A stretch of 64,000 nucleotides of DNA, taken from positions 829 to 64,828 of the forward strand of contig CABRRA010000008.1 of the NCBI GenBank assembly GCA_902473205.1, written 5' to 3'. The position numbers and the translations under genes are program-made. The notes beneath the pieces were generated by a model. It was not told the DNA's origin. It was given only the letters and a program-made list of their open reading frames with translations, and made no database searches. Of the stretch, positions 58,581 to 64,000 are shown piece after piece (within the stretch, counting starts at the first letter, position 1; each line of letters opens with the position of its first letter). This DNA is from an uncultured Collinsella sp. (GTDB lineage Bacteria; Actinomycetota; Coriobacteriia; Coriobacteriales; Coriobacteriaceae).

Positions 58581-58716
58581 ACATACTCCTTTAACCGTAG
58601 AAAAAAGCTGCGGAGCGGACAGGCCTTCACCGCAGCAAACCAATAGCCATTGTATGCCCAAACGATGGGTCAACAATATGCCTCTCCGCTTAACGGCATC
58701 CGCCACTTGGCGCAAT

Positions 58717-58740
58717 GGCGACAGGTTGCTTTGCACCAAA
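58717..58740. repeat. Family F repeat, single copy
   Basis: GGCGACAGGTTGCTTTGCACCAAA, upstream of ade. It accounts for the spurious 5' extension of the track ORF. Confidence 0.6.
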
Positions 58741-58937
58741 AAGAAACGTCCCTAAGTGCCAACCAGGACAACGCCGTAGGTGGAGGACGGACAGCGAGCG
58801 GACTCCAGAGCGAACAAATTGGCATGAAAAGAGGACGGCATAGACCTTCTGGTCATGCCGTCCTCTTTGAATGACAAGTTGTCGCTCTGGAGCCCGCGCA
58901 GCGTCGAGCTGTTACGCGGTTTGGTAAAACCGCGTAA

Positions 58938-60149
58938 CTAAATAAGCTTAAAGCCCTTGCGCTTGCCTACGGAGAGGGTATCGCCCAGCTTGAGGGCACT
59001 GGGGTCGATGTTGTAGCTCTTGGGAGCCACGGCCTTGCCGTTGATCTTGACGCCGCCGCCGTCGATGTCGCGACGGGCCTGGCCGGCGCTGGCCGAAAGG
59101 CCCAGGTCCTTGAGCAGGCCGGCGAGGTAGATCTGGCCCTCGTCGTTGACGGTCAGCTCAACATGCTTCTCGGGGAAGTCGGCGAGTTGGCCCTCCTTGA
59201 ACACGCGGTCGAACTCGGCCTGAGCCTCGTCGCCGGCACCGGCGCCGTGGTAGGTGTCGCACAGGTCGCGGCCCAGAGCGCGCTTGAGCTCATAGGGATC
59301 GGCGGAGCCGTCGGCCAGAGCAGCGTCGATCTTGTCGACCTCGGCCGGGGTGAGCGAGCTCGCCAGGCGGTAGTACTTGCCGATCATCTCGTCGGGGATG
59401 GACATGGTCTTGCCGAACATATCCTTGGGCGCGTCGGTCAGGCCGATGTAGTTACCGTAGGACTTGGACATCTTACGGACGCCATCGGTGCCCTCGAGCA
59501 ACGGCATGGTGAGCGCGATCTGGGGCTCCATGCCCATCTTCTCCATGAGCTCACGGCCGGCGAGCAGGTTGAAGAGCTGATCGGTGCCGCCCATTTCCAC
59601 GTCGGCCTTGATCTGCACGGAGTCGTAAGCCTGCATCACGGGATACAGGAACTCATGCAGGGCGATCGGCGTCTGGGACTGGTAGCGCTTGGTAAAGTCG
59701 TCGCGCTCGAGAATACGGGCGACGGTGAACTTGGAGCACACCTGCAGCAGGCCGGCCAGATCCATCGACAAGATCCAGTCGCCGTTGTGCACGATGGTGG
59801 TCTTCTCGGGATCCAGGATCTTCATGGCCTGGCTCACGTAGGTCTCGGCGTTGGCCTCGATCTGCTCCTGCGAAAGCTGCGGGCGGGTGGAGTTCTTGCC
59901 CGAGGGGTCGCCAATCAGCGCAGTACCGTTGCCGATGATGAGGGTGACGTTGTGGCCCAGGTCCTGGAACTGACGCATCTTGCGCAGCGGCACGGCGTGG
60001 CCCAGGTGCAGGTCGGGGCTGGTGGGATCGACGCCGAGCTTGATGTTGAGGGGCTCGCCCTTCTCAAGCTTCTTGCGAAGGTCGGCCTCGGGGACGATCT
60101 GCGCGGCGCCCGAGGTGATGATACGCATTTGCTCGTCAACAGACAGCAT
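58938..60149 (-). CDS. tyrS: Tyrosine--tRNA ligase
   Basis: 403-aa ORF with the class I motifs HLGH (PDLHLGHAVPL) and KMSKS (RKMSKSYGN), and a C-terminal S4-like domain. AAAGGAGGA SD. Confidence 0.93.
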   Translation of the reverse strand: MLSVDEQMRIITSGAAQIVPEADLRKKLEKGEPLNIKLGVDPTSPDLHLGHAVPLRKMRQFQDLGHNVTLIIGNGTALIGDPSGKNSTRPQLSQEQIEANAETYVSQAMKILDPEKTTIVHNGDWILSMDLAGLLQVCSKFTVARILERDDFTKRYQSQTPIALHEFLYPVMQAYDSVQIKADVEMGGTDQLFNLLAGRELMEKMGMEPQIALTMPLLEGTDGVRKMSKSYGNYIGLTDAPKDMFGKTMSIPDEMIGKYYRLASSLTPAEVDKIDAALADGSADPYELKRALGRDLCDTYHGAGAGDEAQAEFDRVFKEGQLADFPEKHVELTVNDEGQIYLAGLLKDLGLSASAGQARRDIDGGGVKINGKAVAPKSYNIDPSALKLGDTLSVGKRKGFKLI

Positions 60150-60245
60150 TGGGTATCCTCCTTTTGCTATAGCACCCTCGCCGAAAACGGCGGTGCTGGA
60201 AGTCCATAAACTCTCTTATGATAACAAACTGACGCGACGCAGCAT

Positions 60246-62240
60246 CTACGACAGGAAAATCCTCGTCCTGCCGCATGCGTCGATGGCAACTGACAGACGT
60301 GTACCGTCACGCTCGACCAGATAGCGCACCTGCCGACGACGCAAGCAGTCGCGGCAACGGGCCTGCCCCGTCGCATCGGTGGCGCAGACGCCCTCGGCGG
60401 TCAGCAGGCAGTGCTCGCACACCATAAGCTCGGGACAGTCGGCGTCGAACGGACCCAAGACGCCGGGTTCAGCAGCCAGCTCGGCAATACGCTCCCTATC
60501 ATTGCTGAGCAGCTCGGCAGGCAAGTATACCCACCCCGCGCCAAGCCCGCGCAGCCAGGCAAGCGTGGCCCGATTGGCACAGAACACCGGCGCCGCCACG
60601 TCAAACGCCGTGCCCAGCTCGCGGGCCATCGCCACCTGCCCCAGGTTGCGGCAAACAATACGCCCGGCACGTTGCATAAGCGCCCGAGTCCGCTCGATAT
60701 CGCCTGCGCGGCACACTTCGTCGAGCACCACCGTCGAATCGGACAGATCCCGCTCATCGCGCGGATCCAAATCCATCAGCTCCCAGGCAAAGACCATACG
60801 AGCAAAAGCCTCATGCTTTGCCGGCTCCGCCGGTCCCGCCAACTCCGTCGGTACATCGCCATCTGCCAGAACGCCCTCAAACGGCAGCACCTCAACGGAC
60901 TGCTCAGCAGGCGCGACCGCATCTGCCTCGACCCGCATGCGCTCCAACACCGTTGCCGTCTGCCCCAGCACGCCGGCACTGCGAATCAGATAGACCTCGC
61001 AGCCCGCGTCCACCTTGCGTTTGCAATGCACGACGACGCGCTCTCCCGCAGCGGCATCCACGGGGCAAGGCACCTGTGGCCAGCGCTTGGGCACATCGGG
61101 ACGCGCGTCGGCACCCGGGTAAAATCGGATCTCGAGCGTATCGCCCGCCGCCACGGCGGCATCAAGCTCAACCGTCACCTCTTCGTGACCCACCGCCACC
61201 AAGTGGCCCACGCGCACGCCCTGGTTGATCGCGCGCTCAAAGCTCATGAGCTCGGCGCCCGAACGACCCCGCAGATACGCATCGGTAAAGCCGCGGTTGA
61301 ACGACCTTCCCAGCTCGCGCTCAAGCGCCGGCACCGCATCGGCATCCCATGTGCCGTCGCGCAGCATATTGAGCGCCCGACGCCACACCCTCACCACGTT
61401 AAAGACGTAGTCGGGATTCTTCATGCGGCCCTCGATCTTGAGCGATGCCACGCCGGCGGCAACAAGCTCGGGCAGATGCGCGATGCCCAGATAGTCACGC
61501 GGACAAAGCAGGCGATCCCCTTCGACAGCGACAACACTCTGCCCCGCCTCGTCCACCAAGTCATAGGATAGACGGCACGGTTGAGTGCAATCACCGCGCA
61601 TCGCAGAGCGGCCACGTCGAAGGGCAGAGAACCCGCACGCACCCGAGTATCCAATGCAAATAGCGCCGTGACAGAACACCTCGATGGGCACGCCAGTAGC
61701 GCAAAGTGTCTCAATCTCTGCAACGCTCAGCTCGCGCGCAGTCGTCACGCGCTCAACGCCCAACTCCTTGGCAGCCAACTGCACGGCACCCTCGCTATGA
61801 GCGCCCGCCTGAGTGGACAGGTGAATCTCGACCCCCGGAATCGCCGCACGAAGCGCACAAGCCAGCCCGGCATCGGCCACAATCAACGCATCGGCACCCA
61901 ACGCGCGCGCATGCGCCCCCAACGCCACGGCGTCGGCAAGCTCATCATCGAACACGAACACGTTGAGCGTCACGTACACACGCACGCCATGGGCATGGGC
62001 CACGGCACAACCGCGCGCGAACTCATCATCGCTAAAGCCATGCGCGCTCACTCGAGCGTTGAATCCGTCCAGCCCCGCATAGATGGCATCGGCACCCGCC
62101 GCAATCGCCGCGAGCATCTGGTCGAGTCCGCCAGCAGGCGCCAGCAGTTCGGGCAGCGCCACTTCAGCCGCCGCCAACTCGCTTTCGCATTGTCCGCTCG
62201 GTTCCATCGGCCGAATCGCCATCGGTAAACTCCTTGCCAA
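60246..62240 (-). CDS. Peptidase U32 family protein (collagenase-like / YhbU-YhbV type)
   Basis: 664-aa ORF with ELLAPAGGLDQMLAAIAAGADAIYAGLDGFNAR and EVFCHGAICIGYSGAC, typical of U32. The start is one of ATG 62240, 62222 or 62207. Confidence 0.85.
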   Translation of the reverse strand: MARSLPMAIRPMEPSGQCESELAAAEVALPELLAPAGGLDQMLAAIAAGADAIYAGLDGFNARVSAHGFSDDEFARGCAVAHAHGVRVYVTLNVFVFDDELADAVALGAHARALGADALIVADAGLACALRAAIPGVEIHLSTQAGAHSEGAVQLAAKELGVERVTTARELSVAEIETLCATGVPIEVFCHGAICIGYSGACGFSALRRGRSAMRGDCTQPCRLSYDLVDEAGQSVVAVEGDRLLCPRDYLGIAHLPELVAAGVASLKIEGRMKNPDYVFNVVRVWRRALNMLRDGTWDADAVPALERELGRSFNRGFTDAYLRGRSGAELMSFERAINQGVRVGHLVAVGHEEVTVELDAAVAAGDTLEIRFYPGADARPDVPKRWPQVPCPVDAAAGERVVVHCKRKVDAGCEVYLIRSAGVLGQTATVLERMRVEADAVAPAEQSVEVLPFEGVLADGDVPTELAGPAEPAKHEAFARMVFAWELMDLDPRDERDLSDSTVVLDEVCRAGDIERTRALMQRAGRIVCRNLGQVAMARELGTAFDVAAPVFCANRATLAWLRGLGAGWVYLPAELLSNDRERIAELAAEPGVLGPFDADCPELMVCEHCLLTAEGVCATDATGQARCRDCLRRRQVRYLVERDGTRLSVAIDACGRTRIFLS

Positions 62241-62383
62241 GGTGTGCTTTCACTCTGAAAATTGCTGCCAACCAGCATACACGAGGCCCCGCATGCCCCG
62301 ATTGGTTTATCGTGTAATAACTTATGTCCATCCTGCCCGGTAGCATACCTGCCGCCTGGCACGACATACCTGGAGGTCAATAT

Positions 62384-64000
62384 ATGGGTCCTCGCCAACG
62401 ACAGGGGCGCGGTCGCTCTAAGACGCATGCCCTTCCCATGATCTTGCTCTCGTTTTTGGGCTTTCTGCTTATCGCGGGCGTAGCGTTTGGCATCGGCATG
62501 ATCGGCAACGTCAACCGCTGGCTGTCCGATCTGCCCGACTACACCGATGCCAACGCGTATCTGGTGAGCGAGCCCACCGACATCGTCGACTGCAACGGCA
62601 ATACCATTGCGAGTTTCTACACGCAAAACCGCAAGTCCATCACCAAGGACCAAGTGTCCCCGTACGTGCTGCAGGGCACCGTCGACGTTGAGGACGAGCG
62701 CTTCTACGAACATGGCGGCATCGACCTCTGGGGCATTGCACGCGCATCGGTGGCAACCCTCACCGGCGGCCACGAGGGCGCATCGACCATCACCCAGCAG
62801 CTGGTTCGCAACACCATCTTGCAGGAGGAACAATTCGACTCGACCATCGAGCGTAAGGTGCGCGAGGCCTATATCGCCATCAAGATGGAGGATATGTACT
62901 CCAAAGACGAGATCCTCATGATGTACCTCAACACCATCTACTACGGCCATGGAGCATATGGAATCGAGGCCGCCGCCGAGACCTATCTGTCCAAAACCGC
63001 CGCCGACCTCACCCTGAGCGAGGCCGCGCTGCTCATCGGCCTTCCCAACTCGCCCTCGCAGTACGACCCCACGGTTAATCCCGACTTGGCGCTGTCCCGC
63101 CGCAATAAGGTTCTGGACAACATGCTGCGTCTGGGCCACATCACGCAGGAAGAGCACGATGCCGCACAGGCTGAGCCCATCACGCTTGACGTGACCGAGA
63201 TTTCGGGCAGTGGCGTCGATGTGTACTCTCAGCCCTACTTTGTCTCCTACGTTAAACAGCTGCTTGAGCAGGAGTTCTCCACCGACGTGCTCTTTAAGGG
63301 CGGTCTGACCGTCAAGACCACCATCGACCCCACCATGCAGCAGGTGGCCGAGGAGGCTGTGCGCTCGCAGCTCGACACGCTTTCGCTCGACGGCCTGGAC
63401 ATGGGCATGGTCGTCGTTGACCCCAAGACCGGCTATATCAAGTGCATGGTAGGCGGCTACGACTACAACGCCGACGAGAATCACGTGAACCACGCTACGG
63501 CAAAGCGCCCCGTGGGCTCCACGTTTAAGGCCTTTACGCTGGCAACTGCCATCCAAAACGGTATGAACCCCAACGTCACCCTCAACTGCAACTCGCCGCT
63601 CAAGGCCAAGGGCACCACGACCGAGGTGCAAAACTACGGCAACCAGAGCTATGGCAACATCACGCTTAAGCAGGCAACGGCATACTCATCCAACACCGGC
63701 TACATTCAGGTGGCCGAAGCCATCGGCAATGACAAGATCATGTCGCTCGTCAAAAAGCTTGGCATCGATCCCGCCAAGGACAATATCGAGGACGTTCCCG
63801 TCATGACGCTCGGCACCGGGTCCATCTCACCGCTCGAGATGGCATCTGCCTACGCAACGTTTGCCAACGGTGGCTACTACCGTCAGCCCATCGCCATTAC
63901 CGAGATCGACTCGCGTACCGGCTCGGTTCTGTACCAGCACACCGACAATCCCACGCAGGTGCTCACCGAAGGCGAGGCTGCCGCGGTTACCGATGTTCTA
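62384..64000 (+). CDS. Class A penicillin-binding protein (bifunctional glycosyltransferase/transpeptidase), 5' portion; continues beyond the window
   Basis: Not in the ORF track because it stays open to the window end. ATG 62384 follows GGAGG. My translation is MGPRQRQGRGRSKTHALPMILLSFLGFLLIAGV...VDVEDERFYEHGGID...GASTITQQLVRN...RKVREAYIAIKME, carrying the GT51 motifs. The transpeptidase region (RPVGSTFKAF = SxxK) follows. The minus ORF 62048..63631 is an antisense shadow. Confidence 0.88.
   Translation, partial: MGPRQRQGRGRSKTHALPMILLSFLGFLLIAGVAFGIGMIGNVNRWLSDLPDYTDANAYLVSEPTDIVDCNGNTIASFYTQNRKSITKDQVSPYVLQGTVDVEDERFYEHGGIDLWGIARASVATLTGGHEGASTITQQLVRNTILQEEQFDSTIERKVREAYIAIKMEDMYSKDEILMMYLNTIYYGHGAYGIEAAAETYLSKTAADLTLSEAALLIGLPNSPSQYDPTVNPDLALSRRNKVLDNMLRLGHITQEEHDAAQAEPITLDVTEISGSGVDVYSQPYFVSYVKQLLEQEFSTDVLFKGGLTVKTTIDPTMQQVAEEAVRSQLDTLSLDGLDMGMVVVDPKTGYIKCMVGGYDYNADENHVNHATAKRPVGSTFKAFTLATAIQNGMNPNVTLNCNSPLKAKGTTTEVQNYGNQSYGNITLKQATAYSSNTGYIQVAEAIGNDKIMSLVKKLGIDPAKDNIEDVPVMTLGTGSISPLEMASAYATFANGGYYRQPIAITEIDSRTGSVLYQHTDNPTQVLTEGEAAAVTDVL

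Noticed and set aside
60150-60245. T-box leader upstream of tyrS
   Set aside because: Only about 95 nt separate tyrS from the upstream gene. I saw a hairpin (AGCACCGCCGTTTTCGGCGAGGGTGCT) but no T-box consensus (AGGGTGGTACCGCG-like) or specifier-loop architecture. It is more likely the terminator of the U32 peptidase gene.

Overview
The window is a GC-rich, gene-dense bacterial chromosome segment. Its content looks like an anaerobic Actinomycetota or Coriobacteriia-type organism, but that taxonomic guess is inference only. Most of it is housekeeping: fucO (partial), ygiQ, a DEAD-box helicase, copA-copZ-csoR, gltB-gltD, mntH, smpB, tRNA-Glu and tRNA-Gln, rnr, ftsEX, split transketolase, prfB, secA, rpmE, citrate synthase, two Cof-type HAD hydrolases, adenine deaminase, tyrS, a U32 peptidase and a partial class A PBP. 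Three things stand out. (1) An abruptly AT-rich island of about 5.5 kb (about 480-5945) sits between fucO and a YoaK-family gene. It encodes a radical SAM/SPASM maturase, an unknown 337-aa protein, an ACP-like protein with a conserved Ser, a LURP-one-like protein and an ABC exporter. It also holds a 59-aa Cys-rich small ORF (CPCGYCSCMYC, 3479-3658) with a strong RBS that falls below the ORF-track cutoff. Together these look like a CcpM-type RiPP cluster acquired from a low-GC donor. (2) A 16-nt motif, GTCTCGATCTGTAACA, alternates in orientation and forms tandem arrays with a strict 80-81 bp period: 16 units at six loci. The six loci fall into three pairs, each bracketing a 1-2 gene cargo: FHA protein plus Ser/Thr kinase, a DUF559/Vsr-like gene, and mntH. 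(3) At least five further families of short palindromic intergenic repeats are present. Some of them supply stop codons or C-termini to genes. Other points are that gltB is split by a 1-nt frameshift, RF2 reads SPT where E. coli RF2 has SPF, an unannotated 47-aa rubredoxin is present, and a serine recombinase remnant lies between rnr and smpB. Many long ORFs in the track are antisense shadows typical of GC-rich DNA and were rejected.
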